From: Candidatus Woesearchaeota archaeon
GTDB taxonomy: Archaea; Nanobdellota; Nanobdellia; Woesearchaeales; JACPBO01
NCBI GenBank assembly: GCA_016180285.1
Contig: JACPBO010000009.1
Span: 1 to 52,146, forward strand
DNA length: 52,146 nucleotides
Reading direction: 5' to 3'
Every line of letters begins with the position of its first letter. Positions within the stretch are counted from its first letter, which is position 1. The position numbers were made by a program, and so were the translations under genes. The notes under the pieces were generated by a model. That model was given only the letters and a program-made list of their open reading frames with translations, ran no database searches and had not been told where the DNA came from. Shown here in pieces: positions 1-8,207 of the stretch.

Positions 1-45
1 GATGGTGTTGCAGAAGAGATCGTGGAAAGGCTGAAAAAAGAATAG
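1..45 (+). CDS. 3' end of an unidentified CDS, truncated by the window edge
   Basis: Open frame DGVAEEIVERLKKE ending in TAG at 43-45. Confidence 0.6.
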   Translation, partial: DGVAEEIVERLKKE

Positions 46-56
46 CGGGGGGAAGA

Positions 57-73
57 ATTTCATCCTTTTGGAT
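57..73 (-). other. 17-nt tRNA intron at position 59/60 (T-loop)
   Basis: Complete BHB motif: GGAAG/CTTCC helix, central TTCA/TGAA helix, bulges AA|A and AT|T, inner TCC/GGA helix. Confidence 0.88.
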
Positions 74-119
74 TTTGAACTTCCGACCTCTGGGTTATGA
101 GCCCAACGGGCACTCCTGA

Positions 120-147
120 TTGGGCGTGCAAGACAAAGCTTAACACT
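120..147 (-). other. 28-nt tRNA intron at position 15/16 (D-loop)
   Basis: Central helix GGGC/GCCC, bulges AG|A and AA|T, inner GTG/CAC helix (relaxed BHB). Confidence 0.85.
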
Positions 148-185
148 CTGCCCTACCCCGCTATATAGAATGGGATATTAAGTTT

Positions 186-200
186 ATTTATAAGCGTTTT
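186..200 (-). promoter_or_regulatory. BRE/TATA promoter of tRNA-iMet
   Basis: Minus strand reads AAAACGCTTATAAAT about 24 bp upstream of the tRNA 5' end. Confidence 0.65.
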
Positions 201-259
201 TCTTTTGAATGAGTTTTTCAGTGAAAAATAAGAAAATTAATAAAGAATAAGGAACAACC

Positions 260-1354
260 ATGAAAAGGACGAAAATGAAGAAGGCAGATGAGTATATAAA
301 AATCATTAAAGATAACGGGTTGGTTCATGCCAGCTCAAGAAAACTTCCATTAATAACTGCCAGTTGCATATTTTTTGGCTATAATAATATCCTTAAAAAA
401 GAAATAGGATATTCTTATGGGACTATGGGAAACATAGGGAAAGGTGACATAGCTTATTTCTTGATTAATGAAGAAAAGGCAGGAAATTTGTTTAATAAAA
501 AAATTAAAGTGAGCGAGTTGAGATCCCTGAATAAAAAATTAAAAGCCCTCTTCGATAAAGACACTAATCTTTTTGAGCAAATTAAAAAAGAAAGAGATAT
601 TTTCAAAGTTTTAAAAGTTGCATTCCAAATATATCCCAGGGTTCTTGCTCAAATTGGATTTTTTAATTCAATAATGAGATATGTAAAAAATGACGAAGAC
701 CGGGCCAAAAAATTGGGAAAATTCACTTATTTGATTGCTAAAGATAAAGATGCTGTTGCTAACCTGATATACCTTAAAATAGAGCCGTTGATTAAAAAGT
801 GCGCAGAAAAAATCGGGAAATCTATTTTTGAAGGGGATTTATTAAGGTATTTGACCTTGAAGGAATTTAAGAAATTTTTAAAAGAGAAAAAAATCTCTAA
901 GGCCCAATTATCTGAACTATCAAAAAGAAGAAGAGGCTATTTATATCTTTTTCACAAAAATAAGGATAACATTATTACAGATAAGGAAATTGTTAATGGT
1001 GTTTACGAACAATTCATTAACGCTAAAAGCAATATGAGTGTTTTAAAAGGAACAACTGCTTATCCTGGAAAGGTTGTGGGGAAGGTTTATAAAGCGTTCC
1101 ACGGAGTAAAAACCGCCAAACCGGGATATGTGCTAGTAACAACTATAACAAAACCGGAAGATACACCTCTCCTTAGTAAATTCGCAGCTATAATCACAGA
1201 TGAAGGAGGTGCGCTTTCCCATATTGCGGTTGTGGCCCGAGAACTCAAAATCCCCAGCATTATGAGCACTAAAATAGCTACAAAGGTTTTAAAGGATGGA
1301 GATTTAGTTGAAGTTGATGCAGACAAGGGTATTGTGAGAAAGATTACTAAATAG
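260..1354 (+). CDS. PEP-utilising phospho-His swivel domain protein with variable helical N-domain (paralog 1)
   Basis: C-terminal LKGTTAYPGKVVG, ITDEGGALSHIAVVARELKIP and LKDGDLVEVDADKGIV motifs. No ATP-grasp or TIM-barrel domain. Confidence 0.85.
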   Translation: MKRTKMKKADEYIKIIKDNGLVHASSRKLPLITASCIFFGYNNILKKEIGYSYGTMGNIGKGDIAYFLINEEKAGNLFNKKIKVSELRSLNKKLKALFDKDTNLFEQIKKERDIFKVLKVAFQIYPRVLAQIGFFNSIMRYVKNDEDRAKKLGKFTYLIAKDKDAVANLIYLKIEPLIKKCAEKIGKSIFEGDLLRYLTLKEFKKFLKEKKISKAQLSELSKRRRGYLYLFHKNKDNIITDKEIVNGVYEQFINAKSNMSVLKGTTAYPGKVVGKVYKAFHGVKTAKPGYVLVTTITKPEDTPLLSKFAAIITDEGGALSHIAVVARELKIPSIMSTKIATKVLKDGDLVEVDADKGIVRKITK

Positions 1355-1366
1355 AAGGCAATAAAC

Positions 1367-2740
1367 ATGAATAAAAAAGAAGAATGGTCTTTAATTGCGA
1401 AGCGGGATAATGTCCCTTTGCTTCCCGTATGGTATAAATTTGAAATTCTCGCTGGCCAGCAGGCAATAAAACTATACTCAACTGGCGTTCCTGGGTTGCA
1501 GGTATGGAATAAGCGTGAATATGTCTGTTATTTTCGTACTGATGAATATCGGAAGGCTGCGGAATATGTCACCCAACTTTTACTTTCTAAAAAAGCATAT
1601 GCGCATATTAAAAAACTTGAACAAGCATGTAAGACAGCCAAGCATGCAGCCTCGCAAGCCACGAATATATCTCAGTTATCAGATAAACAACTTATAAATT
1701 TGCACACAAAGATTATTGGAATGTATAAAGAGATGTTTCTATATGGTTTTATTACGTGGTGTACGCAGGCTATTCACAGCAAAGCTTTAGAGATACTCAG
1801 AAAAAGAAGGATATCTGGTTTGGAAACAGCGTTATCTATATTGATTCAGCCGGATAAAGAGACGCCAACTACGCAGCGTGCAAAAGAAATTAGCAGATTA
1901 GCCAAAAAATATGGCAAAGATCCTGCAAAATCACAGCAGCTGAACAAAGACATTAAAGCTTTTATTGAAAAATGGGGTTGGGTTGGCTATGATTACGCCG
2001 GTCCATTAATCACAACAAAAGAGGTATTGGATGAAATCCGCAATACAGAAGCCCCAAAACCTGCCGCATCAAAACAAAAGATCCTATCTAAGCTAAGTAA
2101 ATCAGAGCAGCAAATCTTTAATGTATTGTCTTTAATAGCATATACTAAAGATTTAAGGAATACAAGTGATGATTATGTGCATTTTCAGCTGGATAAATTA
2201 TATCGTGAGCTTGCTAAGAGGCATAATTGCTCGTCGCAGGATGTGCGTTACCTATTGCCTGCTGAATTAACTAAGTTTATAGTAAATAAAAAGGATGTTA
2301 AGCTCAGACAAAGATTTCTCTTAGCTTATACCTGGCCGCTTAACTCAGAATTCTATACGGGCGTCAAGGCGCGCACATTATTCAGCCAAAGCATACAGGC
2401 AGAAAGCGCTTCTAAAACCACAAAAATATTGAATGGCATGGCGGCCTGTGCAGGAAAAGCAAACGGCATTGCCAGGATTATCAGAAAATTCCCGGATTTG
2501 AAAAAAGTAAAGAAAGGAGATATCCTGGTTGCAAGCATGACTTCTCCAAGATACACGGGTGCAATAGCCAGAGCTGCTGCAATAATAACAGATGAAGGCG
2601 GCATTACCAGCCATGCTGCTATAATAGCCAGGGAGATGCAGAAGCCTTGCATCATCGGCACTAGAATAGCTACAAAAGCACTTAAAGACGGCGATTTGGT
2701 TGAAGTTGATGCAAATAAGGGCATTGTTAGGATATTGTAA
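1367..2740 (+). CDS. PEP-utilising phospho-His swivel domain protein (paralog 2)
   Basis: ITDEGGITSHAAIIAREMQKPCIIG and LKDGDLVEVDANKG at the C-terminus, preceded by a helical N-domain of about 350 aa. Confidence 0.88.
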   Translation: MNKKEEWSLIAKRDNVPLLPVWYKFEILAGQQAIKLYSTGVPGLQVWNKREYVCYFRTDEYRKAAEYVTQLLLSKKAYAHIKKLEQACKTAKHAASQATNISQLSDKQLINLHTKIIGMYKEMFLYGFITWCTQAIHSKALEILRKRRISGLETALSILIQPDKETPTTQRAKEISRLAKKYGKDPAKSQQLNKDIKAFIEKWGWVGYDYAGPLITTKEVLDEIRNTEAPKPAASKQKILSKLSKSEQQIFNVLSLIAYTKDLRNTSDDYVHFQLDKLYRELAKRHNCSSQDVRYLLPAELTKFIVNKKDVKLRQRFLLAYTWPLNSEFYTGVKARTLFSQSIQAESASKTTKILNGMAACAGKANGIARIIRKFPDLKKVKKGDILVASMTSPRYTGAIARAAAIITDEGGITSHAAIIAREMQKPCIIGTRIATKALKDGDLVEVDANKGIVRIL

Positions 2741-2763
2741 CCACTTATTGGTGATATAAAAAC

Positions 2764-2777
2764 GAAAGATTTAAATA
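2764..2777 (+). promoter_or_regulatory. BRE/TATA promoter of the HAD gene (probably leaderless)
   Basis: GAAAGATTTAAATA ends 22 bp before the ATG at 2800. Confidence 0.6.
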
Positions 2778-2799
2778 GTCTAACATCTTCCCATATGAT

Positions 2800-3435
2800 A
2801 TGGCAAAAGCAAAAATTTACGATTATAATGGGCCAATAATGGATATTGCTCCATTTTTCGATTTTCTTAAAGCCAAGGATCCGAAGCTTTATTTTGACTA
2901 TTGTATTTTAGGAAAAAAGGATAGAAGCAAGAAAGACCAATATAGGCCTGCTGTAGTGGAATTATATGAAGAGGCGATACAAAAAGGGCTGTTTCCTGCC
3001 AAGTTAATTCCCGGCATAGAGGAAAGGCTAAATAAGGATTTGGCAGAAGGCTATAAACCTCTTATATTTACAACTGTGCCGCATGATACTATGGCATCAC
3101 AAACAAAGGAGACTGGAATCAGCAAAATTTTTCCTAACGATTCTATAATAACACTTACCGATATCATAAAATATGGCGGCCTCAAAGAAGGAATAGGCAA
3201 AGAGAACCCTGAAGTTTATCAGCAGCTTATCAAATATTTATCGGGTTTTGAGAGCCTAGAAACTTATGTTGATGATTCTGAACAAAGGCTATCAGCAGCA
3301 CATGAAGCAAATATTTCCTTTAAAGACACAGGAAAGGGAATAAAGAGACTGTACCTTTTTAATCCCGAGGCAGAAAAGTCGCCAATGAAAAAAGAATTCT
3401 ATACTTTGGTAAATAACCCGATGCATGTTGAGTAA
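2800..3435 (+). CDS. HAD-superfamily hydrolase-like protein with variant motif I (DxNG)
   Basis: IYDYNGPIMD (motif I), LIFTT (motif II), GKENP (motif III), YVDDS (motif IV). Confidence 0.65.
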   Translation: MAKAKIYDYNGPIMDIAPFFDFLKAKDPKLYFDYCILGKKDRSKKDQYRPAVVELYEEAIQKGLFPAKLIPGIEERLNKDLAEGYKPLIFTTVPHDTMASQTKETGISKIFPNDSIITLTDIIKYGGLKEGIGKENPEVYQQLIKYLSGFESLETYVDDSEQRLSAAHEANISFKDTGKGIKRLYLFNPEAEKSPMKKEFYTLVNNPMHVE

Positions 3436-3501
3436 AAATATTGGGCAAAACAGAAAGCTTTATAGACAAAAAGAATGTAATCTCCTTAAAGCGAGGATCC
3501 A

Positions 3502-4440
3502 ATGACAAATATAAAGCTGTTTAAGGACATAAGGAAAGAAGACATTCCTATTGTCGGAGGAAAGGCTGCAAATTTAGGCGAACTGGCAAGCATGGGGCTT
3601 CCTGTTCCTGATGGGTTTGTAATTACAGCAATGGCATATGAGAGATTTGTAACAGAAGCAGGAATTAATGAGAAGATCCAAAAAATGCTTAAAGCCCTTG
3701 ATGTTGAAAATACCGGGCAGCTGAATAAAACAGCAGAAAAAGTAAGAGAGCTTATTATGAAATCCCGTATGCCAAAAAATCTTGTTGAGGACATAAAAAA
3801 GCAGTATTCTGCAATGAATGATTTTGTTGCAGTAAGAAGCTCGGCAACAGCAGAAGATTTGCCGGATGCAAGCTTTGCAGGCCAGCAGGAAACCTTTTTG
3901 AATGTTAAGGGAGAAAAAGAGGTTTTGGAAGCTGTGCAGAAATGCTTTGCCTCATTGTTTACGCCGAGGGCGATCTATTACAGGGTTAAAAATAACTTTC
4001 CGCATGAAAAGGTGTTTTTAGCTGTTGTTGTCCAGAAGATGGTCAATGCAGACAAGGCAGGAGTCATATTTTCTGTAAACCCTGTAACTCAAAATAAGGA
4101 AGAGATAATTATTGAAGGGGCTTACGGGCTTGGAGAGGCTGTTGTTCTTGGATCATTGACTCCCCATTCCTATGTAATTGACAAAGGAACGCACAAGATA
4201 AAGAGCAAAAACATATCAAAGCTGGAGTGGGGCTACTATAGGAGCAAAAGAGGGAAAACAGAAAAAAGAAATATAAGCCACGGGCATATTGAAGTTCTGA
4301 ATGAGAATGAAGCCAAAGGGCTGACAAAGTTCACAAAGGAAATCGAAAAGCATTACGGCATTCCAATGGACATTGAATGGGCAATTGAAGCAGGGAAGAT
4401 CTACATACTGCAGGCAAGGCCTGTGACTGCATTAGGATAG
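3502..4440 (+). CDS. Stand-alone PEP synthase/PPDK N-terminal ATP-grasp (nucleotide-binding) domain
   Basis: GGKAANLGEL, PVPDGF, AVRSSATAEDLPDASFAGQQET, VQKMV, GLGEAVV, DIEWA and LQARPVT, followed almost immediately by a stop. No His domain and no pyruvate-binding domain. Confidence 0.92.
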   Translation: MTNIKLFKDIRKEDIPIVGGKAANLGELASMGLPVPDGFVITAMAYERFVTEAGINEKIQKMLKALDVENTGQLNKTAEKVRELIMKSRMPKNLVEDIKKQYSAMNDFVAVRSSATAEDLPDASFAGQQETFLNVKGEKEVLEAVQKCFASLFTPRAIYYRVKNNFPHEKVFLAVVVQKMVNADKAGVIFSVNPVTQNKEEIIIEGAYGLGEAVVLGSLTPHSYVIDKGTHKIKSKNISKLEWGYYRSKRGKTEKRNISHGHIEVLNENEAKGLTKFTKEIEKHYGIPMDIEWAIEAGKIYILQARPVTALG

Positions 4441-4471
4441 ATGCAAATAAAGGAATTGTAAGGAAAATAAA

Positions 4472-5767
4472 GTGAAAAAAGATATAAAAGAAAAGATTTT
4501 ATCCTTGTCGTGGAAGCCCTGGCTAGAGAGGCATTTCAGCCCATTTACATTGTCTTTATTTCAGGATGGAATTAAGAAAGAATTTTTCAAAAAAATAGGG
4601 GTTTCTGGCGTAGAATGCAGGGCAATACTTCAGCAGAATCATTTTTGGTACAAAATCCAGGAAGTTTGGGATGACATGGCAAAAAAGCTGGAGATATACC
4701 TGAAGAAGCATTCCATATTTGACGTAACAAAATCGCTGAAGAAATTCCACGACGAAAAGAAAAAGAGGATAAAATGCCTTGCAAAAAAAGATGGGGACAC
4801 GATAGCACAGTTTGAAGAAATTTACAATATACTTACAACCGTTACAACCTTTATATGGCTGGCGCATGGGCTTGAAGAAGTATATCAGAAGAGACTTAGC
4901 AAAGAAGTGCCAAAGTATGTAAAGGAAAATGTTGATGGCTTCATAGGTGACGCAAGCTTTCCATCAAAGAAGAATTCTCATGCGCTTATGGAAGCGGCAC
5001 TAAGAAAAGGCATTTCTCCAAAAAGAGTCTCAGAAGAATTTGGATGGCTCAAGATGAGAGACTTTGATGATGAGCCATTCAGCGAAGAGGACATGAAAAA
5101 ACTAAAGAAAGAGATTAAGTCTGATGAACTGCATAAGAAAGTAAAGATACCAAAAGAACTGAAAAAATTATTCAAGGAAGTAGAGGAGCTTGTGTTCTTC
5201 AGGACAGCCAGGACAGATGTATTCTATGAACTGATGTGCCTCTCAAGGCCAGTATTCAAAAAAGTCGCTGATTACTATGAGATTCCTTATTCGGATATGA
5301 AGCACTATACTGTGCAGAGCCTGATAAGAAAAAAGCCTAAAAGATACGGGAAGAGCTATACGCTTGCATGCTATGGCAATGACAGCAGTTTCAGTGAAGA
5401 GCCAATACTGAAGGAGAGAAAGAACCAGAAGGCGGATTATGTCGAGGGTATTGTTGCTTGCAAAGGAAATGTGAAAGGAGCAGTAAAAATAGTCCTTAAA
5501 GTATCGGAAATCGACAAAGTCAAGCAAGGAGATATACTTGTTACTCAGATGACATTTCCGGCGTTTGCGCCAGCAATGGCGAAGGCATCAGCTTTTGTTA
5601 CAGACGAAGGCGGCCTTACATGCCATGCTGCAATTGTCGCAAGAGAAATGAATAAGCCGTGCATAATAGGAACTAAAATTGCAACCAAGACATTCAAGGA
5701 TGGAGATTTGGTAGAGGTTGATGCAAACAGGGGAGTTGTAAAAATAATCAAGAGGAACGCATCATAA
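4472..5767 (+). CDS. PEP-utilising phospho-His swivel domain protein (paralog 3)
   Basis: GDILVTQMT, VTDEGGLTCHAAIVAREMNKPCIIG. GTG start. Confidence 0.88.
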   Translation: MKKDIKEKILSLSWKPWLERHFSPFTLSLFQDGIKKEFFKKIGVSGVECRAILQQNHFWYKIQEVWDDMAKKLEIYLKKHSIFDVTKSLKKFHDEKKKRIKCLAKKDGDTIAQFEEIYNILTTVTTFIWLAHGLEEVYQKRLSKEVPKYVKENVDGFIGDASFPSKKNSHALMEAALRKGISPKRVSEEFGWLKMRDFDDEPFSEEDMKKLKKEIKSDELHKKVKIPKELKKLFKEVEELVFFRTARTDVFYELMCLSRPVFKKVADYYEIPYSDMKHYTVQSLIRKKPKRYGKSYTLACYGNDSSFSEEPILKERKNQKADYVEGIVACKGNVKGAVKIVLKVSEIDKVKQGDILVTQMTFPAFAPAMAKASAFVTDEGGLTCHAAIVAREMNKPCIIGTKIATKTFKDGDLVEVDANRGVVKIIKRNAS

Positions 5768-5769
5768 CT

Positions 5770-7167
5770 ATGGCAAAACTTCAAAATAAAAATTGGTATC
5801 ATGACGTTCCGAATCAGAGAGTTATGTTGTATATTATGAGCATTTTGCTCGCCTGCTTAAAAGAGCATGACAGCTACTATAATAGAAAAATCAGAAACTT
5901 GATGTTTAGCGTTACTAATGTGTACTCTGTAAGAGCCTGTTACTCAGAGCCTGATTTAAGAGAAGGCGCACAGAAATTATTGGCTAAATGCATGAAAAAT
6001 CCTGAATTTCTGAAGAAAACTGAAAAGATCATGATGGAACGAGGCAATCAATTGCTAAACTCTGCAAGAAAAGTTGAAACTATAAAGGACAGAAGCATAA
6101 AATCATTGAGTGTGCTGTTCAAAGAAATTTATGATAGCTATGTCAGGTACTTCGCCATAGTCATGATCCCCGAACTTTCCATTGAATTTGTTGAGAAAGA
6201 TTTTGATGAAGAGATAAAAAAACAGTTTCGGGAAGAATATGGCAAGATAATAAGCCTGCTTTCAATTCCCAGAGACTCTTTTTTGCTGAGGGAAGAAAGA
6301 GAGTTGCTAGCAATATCAAAAAAGCCAAATTTCAGGCAACTTCTCAAAGATCACGTAAAGAAGTATTTTTGGTTAAACAACAATTACGTAGATACAAAAT
6401 ACTTGGATGAGGGATTTTTCCTTAATAAGCTCAAGTCATTAAAACTAACTGAAGAGCGCAATATAGCTAATAAGCACATTTTTTTAAATTCATTAGAAGG
6501 CAATAAATATAAACGGCTTAAAACCCTGGCCAACATGGTGGAATTCATAACCTTTGTGCAGGATACAAGGAAAAGGACAGCTATAGAAGCCAGCTATTAC
6601 ATAAATGAACTTTTTGATGAGATGCGCGCGAAGAAGGGGCTGAGTAAAGAAGAAATATCGCTGTTGACTGGCCAAGAGCTAATCCAGTTAGATAAAATTA
6701 CAATCTCAAGGAAAGAGTTAATTAATAGAAAGAAAAAAATTGTATGCTATTACCACAATGGCAATTACGAAATGCGCACAGGAGATGATGGATGTAAGTT
6801 TGAACAGGAAATTGCACCCTTTAGTATATCTGGTCAAACGACTTTCTCTGGCAGGCCTGCTTATGGGGGTAAAATAAGGGGCGCAGTAAATGTTATTTTA
6901 AGCGTAAAAGAGCTACACAAACTAAATGATAAAGAAATACTTGTAACATCAAATACAACGCCAGATTATGTTCCATTTCTAAAAAAAGCAAAAGCAGTAA
7001 TTGCAGAAAAAGGAGGCATAACCAGCCATGCAGCAATAATCAGCAGAGAGATGAAAATACCCTGCATTGTTGGAATTAAACATATAACCTTGGCCCTGAA
7101 GACTGGCGATGAAATTGAAGTTGATGCTTATAAGGGTGTTGTAAAAATAATCAAGCGCAACACATAA
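5770..7167 (+). CDS. PEP-utilising phospho-His swivel domain protein (paralog 4)
   Basis: ILVTSNTTPDY, AEKGGITSHAAIISREMKIPCIVG. Confidence 0.88.
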   Translation: MAKLQNKNWYHDVPNQRVMLYIMSILLACLKEHDSYYNRKIRNLMFSVTNVYSVRACYSEPDLREGAQKLLAKCMKNPEFLKKTEKIMMERGNQLLNSARKVETIKDRSIKSLSVLFKEIYDSYVRYFAIVMIPELSIEFVEKDFDEEIKKQFREEYGKIISLLSIPRDSFLLREERELLAISKKPNFRQLLKDHVKKYFWLNNNYVDTKYLDEGFFLNKLKSLKLTEERNIANKHIFLNSLEGNKYKRLKTLANMVEFITFVQDTRKRTAIEASYYINELFDEMRAKKGLSKEEISLLTGQELIQLDKITISRKELINRKKKIVCYYHNGNYEMRTGDDGCKFEQEIAPFSISGQTTFSGRPAYGGKIRGAVNVILSVKELHKLNDKEILVTSNTTPDYVPFLKKAKAVIAEKGGITSHAAIISREMKIPCIVGIKHITLALKTGDEIEVDAYKGVVKIIKRNT

Positions 7168-7169
7168 CA

Positions 7170-7183
7170 AAAATATTTATAAA
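7170..7183 (+). promoter_or_regulatory. BRE/TATA promoter of tRNA-Ser
   Basis: AAAATATTTATAAA ends 25 bp upstream of the tRNA start. Confidence 0.65.
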
Positions 7184-7238
7184 CAAACAAAGAATATCTG
7201 ATCTTTATGCCGAGGTGGCACAACCTGGTACTGCGCTG

Positions 7239-7267
7239 ACATGCCTTCCATCTGGAGCATGGCGGAA
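7239..7267 (+). other. 29-nt tRNA intron at position 29/30 (anticodon stem)
   Basis: Bulges TG|A and AA|G, inner helix CATGC/GCATG, imperfect central helix CGC/GCG. Confidence 0.72.
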
Positions 7268-7275
7268 GATTGCTA

Positions 7276-7315
7276 AGTACGCTTGGTGCTTACGATTACC
7301 ACAAGTACCGTGAAG
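7276..7315 (+). other. 40-nt tRNA intron at canonical position 37/38
   Basis: Central helix TTGC/GTGA with G-U pairs, bulges TA|A and AG|A, inner GTAC/GTAC helix. Confidence 0.78.
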
Positions 7316-7363
7316 ATTCAGTGCCCGCAAGGGCTCGGGAGTTCAAATCTCCCCCTCGGCGTT

Positions 7364-8092
7364 TTATTTTGATGCGCCCCATAGAACTTTAAAATAATTC
7401 TTGAACGTATCCGCTGTTCCTTTATTTTCAATCAAAATCCCTGTTTCAGACTCCCACAGCATAAAGGCAACTTTATTATTGTAGAGCCAAATTGATATTG
7501 GGATAACGTATTTTGTGCCAATGAGCCTGGCTTCTGTTAATTTAAGCTTTTTAAGCTCCTTTGCCCTTTTAATTGCTTCTTTATTTTTGCCAAAAATGAT
7601 GTATAGTTTGATGTTTTCTTTTATTCTTCTCTCATGAAATTGAGGAAGGTAAAATGGAAGAACTTCAGTTGCTTTCCCGGCAGATGTCAGGGAATACCAT
7701 ATTTTTGGCTTGCTCTTGATTATGTCTTCCATTATATTTTTCAAGCCTTCTTTGCCTTTATGAACAGTTACATCAGTTATTGCCTTTGACTGCTGCGCTA
7801 TTTCAAATAGCTTTGGCAGAACATTCTCGATGTTTGCTTCTTTTTCCTTGACAATCTCTTTTAATTTTTGCGGGCTTGCAGCAATGAAAAATCTGGATTT
7901 TCCTTCCATTATGAAGCTTACAAGGCCGCGGTCAATAAGCCTCTCTAAGCAATCATAGATGGTTCTTCTGTGCATTCTTGTTCTTTCTGCAATCCTGCCA
8001 ATATGAGCTTTGCTAAGATCCAATAGCGTAATGTAAACAATTGCCTCATTTCTTGTCAGACCCAGGCTTTCCAATGCTTCTGTTTCGACCAT
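7364..8092 (-). CDS. TrmB-family transcriptional regulator
   Basis: N-terminal LESLGLTRNEAIVYITLL...IYDCLERLIDRGLV winged HTH. C-terminal effector-like domain (HKGKEG, IWLYNNKVAF, FKVLW). Confidence 0.85.
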   Translation of the reverse strand: MVETEALESLGLTRNEAIVYITLLDLSKAHIGRIAERTRMHRRTIYDCLERLIDRGLVSFIMEGKSRFFIAASPQKLKEIVKEKEANIENVLPKLFEIAQQSKAITDVTVHKGKEGLKNIMEDIIKSKPKIWYSLTSAGKATEVLPFYLPQFHERRIKENIKLYIIFGKNKEAIKRAKELKKLKLTEARLIGTKYVIPISIWLYNNKVAFMLWESETGILIENKGTADTFKNYFKVLWGASK

Positions 8093-8135
8093 GGTGTTTG
8101 GAGATTATTTCATGTTTTTAAAGCTTTCTATTTGT

Positions 8136-8151
8136 GGTAAAGAAGTTTACC
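8136..8151. promoter_or_regulatory. Candidate operator GGTAAA-N4-TTTACC between divergent promoters
   Basis: Perfect 6-bp inverted repeat between trmB and the divergent ORF at 8208. Confidence 0.45.
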
Positions 8152-8207
8152 CATTAAATATAAATATTAAGGCATTTTGCAGTAATTATTGTTTAGGAGT
8201 AATTAAA

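Larger units (their letters stand above)
43..162 (-). tRNA. Initiator tRNA-Met(CAU) with two non-canonical introns
   Basis: After removing 147-120 and 73-57 the sequence is AGCGGGGTAGGGCAGTCAGGAGTGCCCGTTGGGCTCATAACCCAGAGGTCGGAAGTTCAAATCTTCCCCCCGCTA. It has the A1-U72 pair, three G-C pairs at the base of the anticodon stem, anticodon CAT and a TTCAAAT T-loop. CCA is not encoded. Confidence 0.92.
7209..7361 (+). tRNA. tRNA-Ser(GCU) with two introns (29/30 and 37/38)
   Basis: Acceptor stem GCCGAGG/CCTCGGC, G73 discriminator, long variable arm GCCC-GCAA-GGGC, T arm GGGAG-TTCAAAT-CTCCC. Removing 7239-7267 and 7276-7315 gives anticodon arm CTGGA-TTGCTAA-TTCAG and an 84-nt mature tRNA. Confidence 0.88.

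Noticed and set aside
3502..5767. A frameshifted ppsA pseudogene (ATP-grasp ORF plus the following ORF)
   Set aside because: The ATP-grasp ORF stops cleanly at the domain boundary. The next ORF has the same architecture as three other independent paralogs and has no pyruvate-binding barrel.
1087..5802. Mutually similar antisense ORFs (1087-1368, 2353-2724, 5545-5802)
   Set aside because: They are shadows of the conserved swivel-domain coding sequence on the opposite strand.
7262..7316. Alternative Ser anticodons GGA or TGA within the tRNA inserts
   Set aside because: Neither has U33 or a 7-nt loop in register with the TTCAG stem. Only GCT fits.
43..7361. An integrative element with att sites in the flanking tRNAs
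   Set aside because: No duplicated tRNA 3' fragment and no integrase seen. The 5' ends of both tRNAs face the cluster.
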